Positions 38,601-51,357 are shown, numbered from the stretch's first letter. The stretch: DNA of 64,000 bases from Azolla caroliniana (GCA_043228905.1 JBHGNT010000008.1:930001-994000); one strand, 5' to 3'. The notes: generated by a model from the sequence alone, not told the origin. Numbers and translations are program-made.

Positions 38601-41530
38601 CATTTCATTTACATGCATGAAATGAAATAGTTAACTCCCCAAATCTTATAGATAAGTGCGGCCAGATTTGACATATTCAACCAGTTCTCTCCTATATGTA
38701 AGACCATTGGTTAAATCACATAGTCTTGGAGCTGGGTTTCTCAATGTCATTGTAAGATATCAGGTTTCAGGAGAATCTGAAAGGGTGACATCATGGCCTT
38801 TTATAGCGAAGAAATGGAAATTTCTTGAAATGTAGTTCAAGACCCAGGTGAGATCCAAGCATTTAAATTTAATGAACCATTCCCATTTTGAAGTAATTGC
38901 TGCATTTAACCATTATCAAATTATTCTCATTCCATAAAGGCATACAAATCAACAGTGAAACTCAAGAAAGTCTTCACCTGCATAATATATTTACAAACTT
39001 CCCTACTGACCATGAATTTATGCGTTTTATATTCGACATCAATATAGTGCAAATGATTGATGAATACAGTTATCAACAAAGTTTATAAACTATGCATATA
39101 AACAGTTGATAACAACAAACATACATGAATATTGAAGTCATACTCGGCACTTGTAGGCAGAAGCTTGCGGAGTACAAAAACCTGAATCCACACAGCTCTA
39201 GTCAACAAGCAGACACAATATTTGAAGGTTGAACAAAATGAATAAAGTGGAATTACCTCTCCAGGGGTTTCCAAAATTGGCTGAGTTGCAGTTGATCCAA
39301 CAATGAATTTGGGAGTTACAACTGTAATTTTTTCATATCTCAAATTGAGAAAAGTGAAAATCAAGAGTTAGTTGCAATGTTATACGCAATATATTCTTTA
39401 AAAACATTATTCTATTCATTATTATATAGAATAGTCCTCGAGTACTTGCTAAAGAATCACAAAACATGAGAGGGTGCTCATGGAATAATCTCCACTTCCA
39501 ATATAACCACAGTGATTTGATAAAGTATATGGCAAAAATGCAGCAATATCATTTGGATGAAACAGTGCTCTTAAATACTGATCTCTCATCTCAATCAGAT
39601 AAGAATATGTCTTGTTTTTTGGCATGCAGGATTTTAATAGTGAACATACTAAGGTAATTAGGAAACCAGCAGGATTCGAAGTCTGTTTTCAAAGGGATTG
39701 AATGTAAACCTTCTTTCAAAGACTACAATTGTTGCCGAAGTGTTACTATGTAAGGAGTGCGAGAAATTTGGGGGCATGTAACCAAAAGAATCCGCCTGCA
39801 AAACCAAAGTTTAAACAATATAAAAGGTTTCTGCAAACCTTCAAGTTTCTTCGAAAAGGAAAATCTATTCAACAACTTTACAGAACATATAAAGTATATA
39901 CAAACTTACTGAGAGGTTCCAGTACCCTTCAGAAAGTGTAGATAGCACCAAATCTCCCTTTAGAACAAAAAAAAACCTGAAATACCGCAAGTTTGTTGAA
40001 TATAAATAAACAAAGATTGAAAATTGTTGATATTTTTATCTCTAATACTTGAGGTACTTCTAAACAAATTTCCAAACGACGTAAAAATCCAATATATGAA
40101 CATGTACAAACAAAGATCAGATTTTTTTTTAAATATATATGTACCTGAGGCACTTCTAAACTAATTTCCAAATGAAGTTAAAAATCTAATGCATGAATGT
40201 GTACAAACAAAATTTATATGACTGTTTTAAACAATATTTTTACTTACCTTTCTACATCAACTCCAGGTGAACCAGATACTGCCTTTCCTGATTGAGTGGA
40301 ACAAGCATTAGGCAATAAGGCATGAAACATTCGCACCATATGCCATATTTACTTCCATATCCAATTTGAAAATGATAAGATCAGTATACTTGCCTTCCAT
40401 CTTTGCAAGATACATTGAGAAATGAGATCCTGTTGCTGGAGAGATGAAGTGTGCTGCAGTGGTTCTCACCCTGAAGAGAAAACATGAAAAATAACTACAT
40501 CAGAAAGTTAATTTTAATATATGGACAAAAAGGTCATCCAATGTCATAAACGGAGGTAGTAAACCAGGATTGCAAGGAAGCAAAGACTTGGCTCTCTGGG
40601 GTGATAAGAGCATGATCCCTCTTGTAAAAGCTCCTTGTAAAACCAGGTAAATCTGCACACAGAATAACAAACAGACTATGAATGAGGGGGATAGGTTCCC
40701 ATCTAAATATCCATATTAACCTGGTACTTTTATTCTTCAATGAGTCTGGATTAAATGTTTCGGCTGGTAGTTATGAAGTCACTCCCATGACAATTAAACT
40801 TGTGTTTTGATTTCCGTATTCCATTTATCTAGAGTTATGATGATATAGACTTTTGTGAATACTGTGCATCAACAGATCTCGATGGATGCTGTTTCTTCGT
40901 TATTCATGTTGTAAGACTTACAATGATTTGCACAGAATGGAAACATGAACTAAACCTTCTATTTCTCTCTGATGGACCGAGATACATCTACTTTTTTTAT
41001 GCGTAACACTGTGTATCCAGAACGCCATAGATGTTGTTTCGTACCTTTCACATTTCCAGAATTAGGATGTTATACCCAAAATCGAAGCTTGTGAGGTCAA
41101 GGAAAAGAAGCATCTACCTTGCAGATCGTGAAACGACATCGTTGCATCCATAATTTTGGGGCAACGGTTGTCCTTATCATCCGAAGAAGAAGGAGAATCT
41201 GAAAATTCAGTCTCATCACGATCAAAGACTCCACATTCCTGTGAAAGCCCTTCAACGTACTGAATCCTCGGGACTGAGAAACATACCAAAGGATCATCGT
41301 TTTAGCTTGAGAGAGAAGAAAGGCCAGTGCTCGATAAGGACGGCAATTTAGCTAGAGAAAAATGAAGGGAAAGTGCTGGAGACACACACACACAGACATA
41401 TAAATTATATAAAAGGAGTGTGTTGCCTCTGCGTTGGAATGATGATTATACCTCCAGAGGAAGGAGGAGGAGGAGGAGTAGAAGCGAGGATTATGCAGAG
41501 GAGGAGAAGCATGGAACTCGCCATAGCCAT
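35683..41530 (-). CDS. UGLYAH: (S)-ureidoglycine aminohydrolase (bicupin, ureide catabolism), 13 exons
   Basis: Exons 41530-41452, 41273(or 41351)-41118, 40652-40565, 40470-40394, 40287-40248, 39976-39910, 39795-39710, 39338-39257, 39181-39125, 38458-38420, 37274-37204, 36697-36644, 35770-35683. Splices to [21 protein letters not shown]...[15 protein letters not shown]...[33 protein letters not shown]...[24 protein letters not shown]...[12 protein letters not shown], with a hydrophobic signal-like N-terminus. Exon 2 start uncertain. Confidence 0.93.
35970..36615. repeat. Three tandem copies of a ~216 bp unit in the last UGlyAH intron
   Basis: GGTTAGAAATTC starts at ~35971, 36186 and 36402; units are highly similar. 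Confidence 0.95.
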
Positions 41531-41606
41531 GCAGGAGATCAGAGGGTTTGAAAAGCTTATTCTTTCTTGATGGGACGGATAGAGATAGTGTTTGTGCTGC
41601 TACTGG

Positions 41607-41704
41607 TAGGAGTTGGCAACGGCTCGGCTCGGCTCAAGCCTGAACCGAGCCGTTCAACCGTTTCTAAACTGGTTAAGCCGAAACTGAACAATTGCCGATT
41701 CCTA
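41607..41704. mobile_element. 98 bp hAT-like MITE just upstream of the UGlyAH start codon
   Basis: Imperfect TIR TAGGAGTTGGCAAC / ATTGCCGATTCCTA, near 8-bp TSD GCTACTGG / GCTGCTAG, internal (A/G)CCG-type repeats. TIR resembles that of 48999-49465. Confidence 0.6.
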
Positions 41705-41782
41705 GCTGCTAGTTTTAAGGCAGCTCTATGAACGAATAATGAATGAATGAATGTTCTCTTTGTTTCTTTTTTGTGTGGGCTC

Positions 41783-41912
41783 ATGTGGCTGTTGGTAGCC
41801 TTTTATGTCCCCCGAATGAGAAAAAACACTTGAATACCCGCCCATCTATGTGGTTGTTGGTAGCCTTTTATGTCCCCCGAATGAGAAAAAACCCTTGAAT
41901 ACCCACCCATCT
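41783..41912. repeat. Two tandem ~64 bp copies
   Basis: TGTGG-TGTTGGTAGCCTTTTATGTCCCCCGAATGAGAAAAAAC-CTTGAATACCC-CCCATCT occurs twice. Confidence 0.9.
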
Positions 41913-42008
41913 GTGTTAGCTACCTCGTGTTCTCGTGTTTGGCCCCCATGACTCAACATAACTTCAATTTCCCGATGAGCGTCAACAATGTTTCCCACTA
42001 GCTGCTTG

Positions 42009-42475
42009 TGTTAGAGGCTGACTACTAATTAAGCATAATACAAGGAAAGCTAGACTAAGAGGAATGTCTAACCACCAGACCACCCTTAGAGATACGTGAG
42101 ATGGACCTGAATCTCCTTGATATCTCATATTATCGACTATTGATGCGGGTTGTACCGTGGGTGGCGTAATGATTCCATGTGCTTCACCTACACGAACCAT
42201 AGCTACATTGCCAAAGTGTCGACATAGGTCTAGACTGCCCCATAAAGAGGGCAACTAGCCTTCTTATATAGCCGGAAACTTTAGGCCCTCGTTTGCTCAC
42301 ACTTGGCTATGTCATATGAAGTGGTCAAGTGATAGATAACAAACTTCACAGTTTATCGCACATCGTAGAATTGTAGTATCCAATTCATATTCATGTTCCT
42401 TTCGAAATTAATCCGCATGTACTCATCATAAGATAAGGAAGTACGTGTTAACTCGTAGGATATGAAGGTTCATCA
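42009..42475 (-). mobile_element. Degenerate Gypsy-type solo LTR related to the LTR at 1856
   Basis: Minus strand CAAGTGTGAGC...GGGCCTAAAGTTTCCGGCTATATAAGAAGGCTAGTTGCCCTC aligns with CAAGTGTGAAC...GGGCCTTGGGTTTCGCTATAAATAAGAGGCCTAGCTACCCTC (1999-2059) and ends ...CTAACA at 42009. The other end and a TSD were not found. Confidence 0.55.
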
Positions 42476-43374
42476 TAGAAATGGAATATTTAGAAACAAT
42501 AAAAATATAATTGTTTTGTCTCAAAAAGAAATCAATGGGATCAATTTATTTTAACCACCCATCACAAGGTGAAGGAAAGCATATGCTTTTAAGTTTCTTT
42601 TGGTATGATGTGTTTTCAGATGAATATTTCAATGTATTCATACAAGAACAACCTAATTCATTAGGTAGCATTATACATTCTCATGATGTTTACTTGTATG
42701 AATATTTCAGAGTTTGTCAAATTAGTTTGCATGTATCACGAAATATTAATGGAAAAACAATGAAAATGACTATTTAAGAGGGCACACTAGCTATTCAGGC
42801 GGTTTGACATTTGACACACGCATGATAGTCTGATTCAGTTTGGATAGTCCAATTTTGTGCGCAATATAAAGTCAATGACAAGTTATGCCTTCACTAATGG
42901 AAGATTGTGTTACACTCATCTATAATTGCTTCATCTATTACATAGGCAAAGCCCATGGAATGAACAATAATTTCAAACTTATGACTTGGAGTTGGAGGTT
43001 TGATTTTTTATATTTCATTCATGTCAAACCATTGGCATAACCATGAACACGTTGTTTTAATATTCATCAAGTTGAGTGGAACGAGACTATGCCATACCTT
43101 GCCTCGTATCCATTGGAAGTGCTTAAACATATTTGAAATAACACTAGTTCAACACCAAGGGAAAATAGATATCTGTCACCAAGAGAAACATAAGCACTCT
43201 CAAGCCCTTCGATGTGCTTTCAAGACAATACTTTCTGGGATTATACGGAAATCATTGAGTAACCACTAAATCCCAATGCATCATCACAGCGTCAATAATT
43301 GAGGAGAACACAAGGTCAAGCGTTGGAAGCCGGATAACATTTTGAAGGATAAAAGCAGAGCTTTATCATATATA

Positions 43375-43625
43375 TACCACATTTGGAACTCCAGTCTCCA
43401 ACCCAAAGCAAATCCTATCAGAAAGCATCAATACATATTCTTCTTCTCACTAATTTCAATCTCAACAAGCCCTACAAATGTGACTTCTATGAATTTATAT
43501 GCCACATTTGGGACTCCAACCCAAAGCAAATCCTATCAGAAAGCATCAATATGTATTCTTCTTCTCACTAATGTTTACGCCAATCAATCTCAACAAACCC
43601 TACAAATGTAACTTCTATGAATTCA
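43375..43625. repeat. Tandem duplication of a ~125 bp unit downstream of the DUF1421 gene
   Basis: CCACATTTGG..CTCCAACCCAAAGCAAATCCTATCAGAAAGCATCAATA...CCCTACAAATGT-ACTTCTATGAATT occurs twice. Confidence 0.88.
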
Positions 43626-43875
43626 TATACACATTGAAAAATAATGTTTTCTTATACATCAGATAGAGCTAATATCAACAATGAAAAATGATGTTGTAAT
43701 AGATAGTCATACACAACAGATCTCTAAAGCATTGCAATATAAACAGGTCTTGTTATGCAATATATAAACCAGAGTCTTGTGTATATTCATGAAATTCTAC
43801 ACAATTGAAAAATCATTGTTTGTACATGCCAAACATCAAAATAGCATACACGCATTGTATGTACTCTCCGACAGC

Positions 43876-46871
43876 CTATCCTCGACCAAACCATCCTCTC
43901 TGTGGTTGAACCGAGTCCCTGCCATTCATCAGCTTATCCAAAACAACATTTAGTTCAACTGACTGACCATTTTCAGTTAAATGCCGAACCACACCCCTAG
44001 CTTGTTCTCTTGAAAACCCCATCGAAACAACCTTCTCAACAATCTCATCAACTGGAGAGCGGTTTGCGGATGAAGAAATGGGTACTGCTGGTAAAGTTGA
44101 GTGAGCCACAGGCTGGGCAGTTGGTAACCGAGGATAACCACCACTCGGGGCTGAGGGAACCGGCTGAGCGGCCCTATAAGGCGGAGCACCATATCCTCCA
44201 CTAGATGTTTCATACATGGATGGTGCTGCTTGCAAAGGTGGGGCTTGCTGAGGTGGCACTTGTCCATAAGGTGGTGACATATTAACACCTGGAGGAGGTC
44301 CAACTCTTCCATCATATACGGGCTGAGATACATTTGGAACATGTTGTTGAGAAGGTTGATATGCTCCTGGGGGGTATTGAGGAAGCTCCGGTATATAACT
44401 GCCTGCACCTACAGACGGTGAAGGCGGAACTGGATGAGGCTGCTGCATATGCCCATATGCTGGTGCTTCTCCTGAAGGATTGTAGGAAGCTTGTGGCGGA
44501 GGAGGTGCTTGTTGATAATGAAAAGGTGGCATTGATGGAGGTGCTTGTTGTTGATATGGTTGTTGAGGTGGTTGGGAGGCAGCAGGATAAGGTTGTTGAA
44601 CAGATGATTTGGGTTCATTCACTGTTGGAGGAGGGGCATTTTGAGGCACAAAGCTTTGTTGTTGTGGAGGCTGTTGAGGTGGGACATTTTGAGTTGGAAA
44701 GCTTTGTTGTTGAGGAGGTGGTGGTGGTGGTGGCGGTGCTTGATGCTGGTATTGTGTGGGTAATTGTGGTGGATACATATGCTGAGGTGGCTCTGAAGAT
44801 GTTATATGACTATGAACTTCTTCTTTGTTTTGCTGCCAGGTATCAGGCACTTGTGCAGCTCCACTTGTCATCTTGTCATGGGTATGTTGTGGTTGCAGTT
44901 GAGACTTTGTCTGCTCCAACACTTGTTGCTTATCTTGTACAATTTGTAACCTTGCATGAACCTGTATAACATGAAGCAATCAATCACATATTGCTACCAA
45001 TTCTCTCTAAATCAGTTTACTGATCTAATTATGTGTATTGTTACATGCATCCTAATTATACCTCTCCGAGAAGATTTTCTAGTTTCATAAGCTTGCGATT
45101 ACTTTCGTTTTGGTTCTCATCCTCTGCAAGCTTAAGCCTCTGAAGTGAGTGTTCTAGACCTTGCACAGTGTTCTCAAGATGTGCTAGCCTTGCACTTACA
45201 CCCTCGAGGCTGTATAATAGCTTTTCAGTATGACTCTTCATTGTGGCTTCAATCGTATTAATGATGGCTCTGTCCGATGCATCCTTATCTTCCTTATACC
45301 TCACAGGATCAGGACCTCGAGGCTTTTCATTATTCAATGGCCCCTGTGATACAAAACATTGTTAAATCAGTAAATTAGTTCTGAGATCAATTGACTAAAT
45401 AGTATTAAGCATGGCAGAATAAAAAATGAATCTCTATGAAGCCTGGCAGCATCAATGAATATGTCTGTATATGTATACTCACAAGACTGTCTAAAAGATC
45501 AAAATTTGAGCCTCCTGGAAATTCTAGACATGAGGAAGGGCATAATACCACTTCAATGTTCACACAAAACAAGCTATTGCAAAGTATGAAACGAGTTTTA
45601 CATCATCGACCTTTGAACATGTAAACCATGGATGAAAATCTCCATCCATCAAATGGAAACTTTTAGATATAGTATCCCATTTCATAACTGCCAAAACTAT
45701 AGAAAAGCAAATCAAAACATTCGTCCATAATCATTTCATTGAATGCCTTAATGATGGCTGAAATAGAAGCGATAGCAGTGAAATAGAATAAGGGAAAAGT
45801 TTAGGTTTCACCAGCATATAATTCACATCAATATACTACAATGTCTGAAATGAGAAAGAAGATTGCAGCATAGAATAACCAAATCAAGTAACATAAACAA
45901 ACCATCTAATCGCCATCAATAGACTAAAATCCATACAACTATGTAGAAATCCATACAACTATGTAGAGAAAATGAATACTCTCATGTTTTTTTCTTCTCA
46001 ATCAACTTCCTTGATTACAAAAATATGTTTCAAGCTTCTTTAGAAAATCCTCATTTTTTAAGAATCACTTGAAGCACTATGAAGATGAGATAATTCACAC
46101 AGATCAAATCCTACTACTTGATATTCTCTATACATAGAGAATAAAGAGTATGTAAAGAGACAAAGTAAACAAAAACCTCCAAATTATGACTGCTCCCGAA
46201 TTACAAATGGAGGACTTTTGGTTTTTGCGGAACAAACATAGAATTTCCCAAAAATTGCTCAACTCATCATAAAGACGGGATTCTATGACACGGATCAATC
46301 CTACTACGTTCCTTTCATAAACTTCTGTTGAAAATGAATTAACTATTTTTCCTGGTTATTGTAGAATACCATCAAGACGAAATGGTTTCTCGAAATGGAA
46401 CATCGTTGAATCCAACACGAAGAGAATATTCACTTGGACCCTTCCTACGACAAGGTTTTCCGACACCAAAACAGAAACAGAAACAGCACATAGGAAACGC
46501 AAGTAGGTGCTGGAAAAGTTGCAGAAATGACTACATCCAAAGGAGAGAGGGCACGAACAAACTCAAAAAAACATGTACAGAAAAATATGAGAGAAGAAGA
46601 AAGATACCTGGTGATGATGGTGGGGGTTATTGGGAGGAGCAGGGGAGGTGCCTTTGAGGAGGTGGATAGGATCCTCTGTTCTATGACTGTTCTCTGACGA
46701 TTTGGGGAAGTGGGTGAGATGGAAATCGTAGCTGGGAGGAATGGGGTCCAAAGATGGGTTCTGATCAAGCGGGGGAGGCGGAGGCGGCGGGATCGGCGGA
46801 TTGGAAGGCGGAGAGGCCGTGGAGCGAGGATGAAGCAGTTCGAAGAAAGGCTCGTTAGGGGCGCCTTCCAT
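43876..46871 (-). CDS. FLOE-family / DUF1421 protein (coiled coil, Q/P-rich prion-like region, C-terminal UBA-like DUF1421), 3 exons, ~543 aa
   Basis: Exons 46871-46608, 45343-45062 and 44961-43876, all GT-AG phase 0. Motifs IPPSYDF, coiled-coil LEGVSARLAHLE...LENLLGEVHARLQIVQDKQ, and C-terminal PVDEIVEKVVSMGFSREQARGVVRHLTENGQSVELNVVLDKLMN...QRGW. Confidence 0.92.
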
Positions 46872-47249
46872 TCTGATCAGAATTATTGCAGAGAAAAAAG
46901 AAGATCTGATCGCGTCTGCTGCTTCTGCTTCTTTCTGATTTTTCTTCTTCAGTTAGGGATGGAGCCCGCAGAGAATGGAGATAGAGAAATACCTGAAGCT
47001 TGAAGAACAGAGAGAAACAGAGACAAGAGAGAGAGACATACAGGAACAGAGGAAATAGAGAGGAAATAGAGAGGAGGAGGAGGAGGAGGACAAAACGCCA
47101 AGTCGGTTCCACACTTGGGCGGGCATAGAAAACGTGTTGGCCACTGAACGTGGGGTAACACCCACACCAAGGAAAACATTCAACTATTGGCCTTCTATAC
47201 TGTTAAATCACCCTGACAATACAGAAAACATTCAACTATCCTTCCTACA

Positions 47250-47280
47250 GTACTAGTGATAGTAGCAATAGTAGTAATAC

Positions 47281-47328
<48 letters not shown>

Positions 47329-47560
47329 GGATCTTATGGCAAGATAAATCATCCACAATGTTGCAATATTGTGTGTAGTAGTAGTACGGATCTTAATGGC
47401 AAGTTAAATCGTCCACAATGTTGCAATATTGTGTGTAGTAGTAGTAGTATGGATCTTGTGGCAATTTAAATCGTCTACAGTGTTGCAATATTGTGTATAG
47501 TAGTAGTAGTAGTACAAATCTTGTGGCAAGGTAAAATCGTCTACGGTTTTGCAATATTGC
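47250..47560. repeat. (GTA)n microsatellite plus four tandem ~60 bp units, each preceded by a (GTA)n run
   Basis: Unit GATCTT-TGGCAA--TAAATC-TC-ACA-TGTTGCAATATTG at ~47330, 47389, 47453 and 47518. Confidence 0.9.
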
Positions 47561-47589
47561 AGGACACATACCCAACTCCTTCACAGGAC

Positions 47590-48420
47590 AACTTGTCGTT
47601 GCGGAGCTTAGTTGTGGAATTTATCAAATCAAGTTTCGTTTTAACCTACAAACTTCTTTGTTGTATTGCATGGAGTCCATCAAACAAGAATCCATTTTTC
47701 AAACACCATTGTACCACATATGCTAAGGTAGTAGAAAACAACCTTATATGACAGTGAGGGTAAAAAGCTCTAACTCCCGAAACAAAACCCCATTAATAAA
47801 GGGGTGACAAAACATCCCTAGTTATTGATCCCCAAAGTTGGGACATAACAATTGAATTTGCCTTTGCAATTGGGCATACAAAGAATCTAGGCATGACCTC
47901 CTCCGCGATCACTGTATAAAGAAAAACATGCCCCATTAAAAATGTGACGATGTTTTAAAGCCATCACTAAAGGCAATCCACCCATCATTGCCTGCCAAAG
48001 CAACACTTTCACATGGAATGGAATACAAGAATGCCATCTACATCCAAAACCTGATGCCATTGTTGCATACAACAAGGAATCTAACATGCCCCACTAAAAA
48101 TGTGACGATGTTTAAAAGCCATCACTAAAGGCAACACACCCATCATTGCTTGCCAAAGAAACACTTTCGCATGGAATGGAAGACAAGAATGCCATCTACT
48201 CCAAAAACCAACGTCATTTGTTAGATACACTGGGAATTTTGCCATGTATGTGAAACATTCATCACTAGCCAAGGTCTATTACATACACAATTGGTGTGCA
48301 CCACTAGTATCAATTTCTTACCATCGCATAGTTCCTCTACCACCAATTTCAAGATAGGGGACACATGAATAGTTATTGAAACTACTTATCACCAAATAGT
48401 CATATCCAAGAGGCCTATAT
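47590..48420 (-). mobile_element. Decayed LINE ORF2 C-terminal (zf-RVT-like) remnant with internal duplication
   Basis: RWHSCIPFHVKVLLWQAMMGGLPL and RWHSCLPFHAKVFLWQAMMGVLPL resemble the W...P.KVK.FLW....LP motif of LINE zf-RVT. A similar remnant lies at ~49500-50000. Confidence 0.6.
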
Positions 48421-48998
48421 GAACATTGATAACTCATGCCTATCCATGTGCACATTTTTCTCTAGATTTGTGTATGCACATTCATTAGTAAAATTCTTCT
48501 ACATTGAGAGTCTCTACTATATCGCATAATAATATGCAAAAATGTTTCATTCCACTTTGGTTCCATTTTGATCACAATAGAAATGTTTCATTTTCATTGT
48601 ATTAACCATATATTGACTTTCAATTATGATAAAGTACTTATTCTTATTATCAACTTTTGTGACATGCTAACGTTTATGTAACTTTTGAGAATCTTTAATC
48701 ATGTTTTTAATAAAAAGATGTGTTGAATTCTTTCTCTAATTCTTTGGGATGGATGGATGGATCAAGATAAATTTGAGTGTGGATACATGTACAAACACAT
48801 AAAGAAAGAAGAGTCATGCAAGACATAAATTCCAAGTCGTTTTCACCTTGGACAAGTTAAACATTTATCAAAATACTTGGGCGAGCACGAGCACAAAATC
48901 CTTTTTTTTGTAAAAGTATTATATAATAAAACAACATCACAACACAAAAATCTTCTAGCTATAATAAGAGGCATTCACAACAAGGTAAACCCTTTAAG

Positions 48999-49465
48999 TA
49001 ACAATCGGCAACGGGTTGAACCAAACTGAACCGCTAAACCGCGGTTTAACGGTTTCAACGGTTCAGTTCGGTTCGTTTCATGTTTAGGTTTTTATTAACG
49101 GTTCAATTCGGTTTCAACAGTCAAAACCCACGGTTTAAATGGTTTCACGGTTTTTTATTTTTTTATTTTAATTTTAATTTTTAAAAAATTTAAAAAATTG
49201 TTAACAATCTTTTCATTTTTAGACCTTATTTTCACATTTTAGGAACATCTTTAAAATTTTTAAATTTTTAAAAAATGAAATATTATAAATATTAAAAAAT
49301 TAAAAATTTGACCTATGTTGAAAACCGAAATTGAACCACAAAACCGCGGTTTTTATGGTTTAATGGTTTAACGGTTAGAAAAATGTTTAACGATTTGGTT
49401 CCGGTTTCAAAAAATTTAAATGGTTTGGACCCTCTCAAACCGAACCGAACTGTTGCCGATTGTTA
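48999..49465. mobile_element. Non-autonomous hAT-type MITE (467 bp)
   Basis: Perfect 14-bp TIR TAACAATCGGCAAC / GTTGCCGATTGTTA, perfect 8-bp TSD CCTTTAAG (48991-48998, 49466-49473), many subterminal AACCG/CGGTT motifs, AT-rich core. Confidence 0.93.
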
Positions 49466-51357
49466 CCTTTAAGGTGTTGTAAGACTAAGTGAGCTACTTC
49501 AAGGACAATGTGCCCTTAGAACTTAGTTGTGAAAATGACCAAATGTACTTTCCTTTGATCGTATGTACCTATTGTGGTGCTCCATGAAGACTATCAAGCA
49601 AGATCCCATTTCACATACTCCAATTGTACCACATAGCCTAATACTTAAGGTAGTTACGAATGGTAAGGAGGGTAAAACTCAAATATTCATGAAACAAGAA
49701 CCATAGGAACGTCATTGTCTTTTGACAATGAATATATCCATGAAAGGAAACCCACTAAATGGATGGTGATGGTGGCCAAAGTTGCGAGATAAAACTCATG
49801 GATTTAGCATTTAGGCATGCAAGGAATCAATGTATGGCATACTAAACATGTTGTTGTTTGAGTTCTAGTGCTAAAGGTGACACACCCACCATTACTCACC
49901 GAAGAAACACTCCTACATCCAAAACTTGACACCACCGTCATATGCATCGAGTAATGTGCCATGCATTCGAAACCTTTGTCGCTAATCAAGCTCTACTTTT
50001 ACTCAACTTATCATAAATGTAATTGGTGGTCTGCAGTACGATTATAAATCAAATTCTGCCATGGTAGACCAAGTTTCGGTTTTTAGCATGATTCACAACA
50101 ATTTGTTATTCAAAATATCATGAAGGATGTCCATACTTGAATAAATCATTATTACATTGGGTGGAAAAAGAAGCTATCACTTATTAGAGTCAATATGATA
50201 TTACTTGGCCAAAATATTTTATGACTCGATCATTGATGATATCAATCTTAACTCCCCAAAGAAGAGGGATGAGACAATCATTGATGGCCAAAAACTTAAG
50301 GAGACCCAAAATCCAGGAATCATGCATTTTACTGCAACTAGTCCACATTCACTGAAATATCGTAAGAGGATATTTAAGTTGCTTAGGAAAAGCTTAAAAA
50401 TAATTGTTTGTAATTTCATCCCAACTTGAGCATTTATCTTCAAAATGATGTGAAATGGCATGCTCCAGCTCATCTTCATTTATATATTTTTCCAATGTCA
50501 TCACAACTTGGTGCTCAACCATCTCCTTAAATTTTTTAAGTAGTTACATTGATCATGGTGATCTCATCTCATTTGTAAGCAAGCCATCCATGCTAGTGAT
50601 CTCTAGGCGTAACAATCTTTAATCTAGCATGGAAGGCTTGTAACCCATGGAAGAATTTATGGGTTTGACAATTATGATAATGTTTATCCTACTTCATGCT
50701 TATTGTATGAGATTGTTCATTATTACGCATCAAAGGTCTTGTAGAAATTGAGACCATGTCACTTGTATATCCAACAACACATAAATTATGGGGACGTGCA
50801 CCGACAAAGCATCACATTGTCTTTATTTAATTGTTGGAGAAGTCTCAACTTTTGTTTCCATATTCATGAATGTAGAATTCCACAAGGATGGTTAAGATGT
50901 TGAATAATACAATAAAAAATATCCATGCATGTGAGACCATTGTGAGCTTGGACGTCTCATGTAAACTATCATATTATCAATTATCCCATAATTTGGCGAA
51001 AATGATCAAGTCCAAGAAAGGAACAAATAAATCTCAGGGATTGCCTTGCCAATACAGGTTGGAAACATTCAACGTTGGTATGTGTATTCCCCGAACAATT
51101 GGAAAATGGTAACAACATGCATACACATGTCGTATTTATGTTATTAAAAATTCTAGCAATAAGCCTCATCATGCATGTTACAAATTTACATCGATGCAAT
51201 CCAATCAACTTCATGTTAATGATCCATTGTGCAAATCGAAGGTATAACCAAGATTTCTTCCGATAATCCAAATCCATGGATCATACTTTAAGACTTCTAC
51301 CACAATCAAGTTCCAACCATTTCTTTCTAGAGCATCCATCAAATTATGAAACGAGAC

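Noticed and set aside
44334-44969. 211-aa V/E-rich plus-strand ORF
   Set aside because: Antisense shadow of the Q/P-rich DUF1421 exon.
47330-47560. CRISPR-like repeat-spacer appearance
   Set aside because: The spacers are (GTA)n microsatellite rather than unique sequence, the repeats are diverged, there are no cas genes, and the context is eukaryotic.
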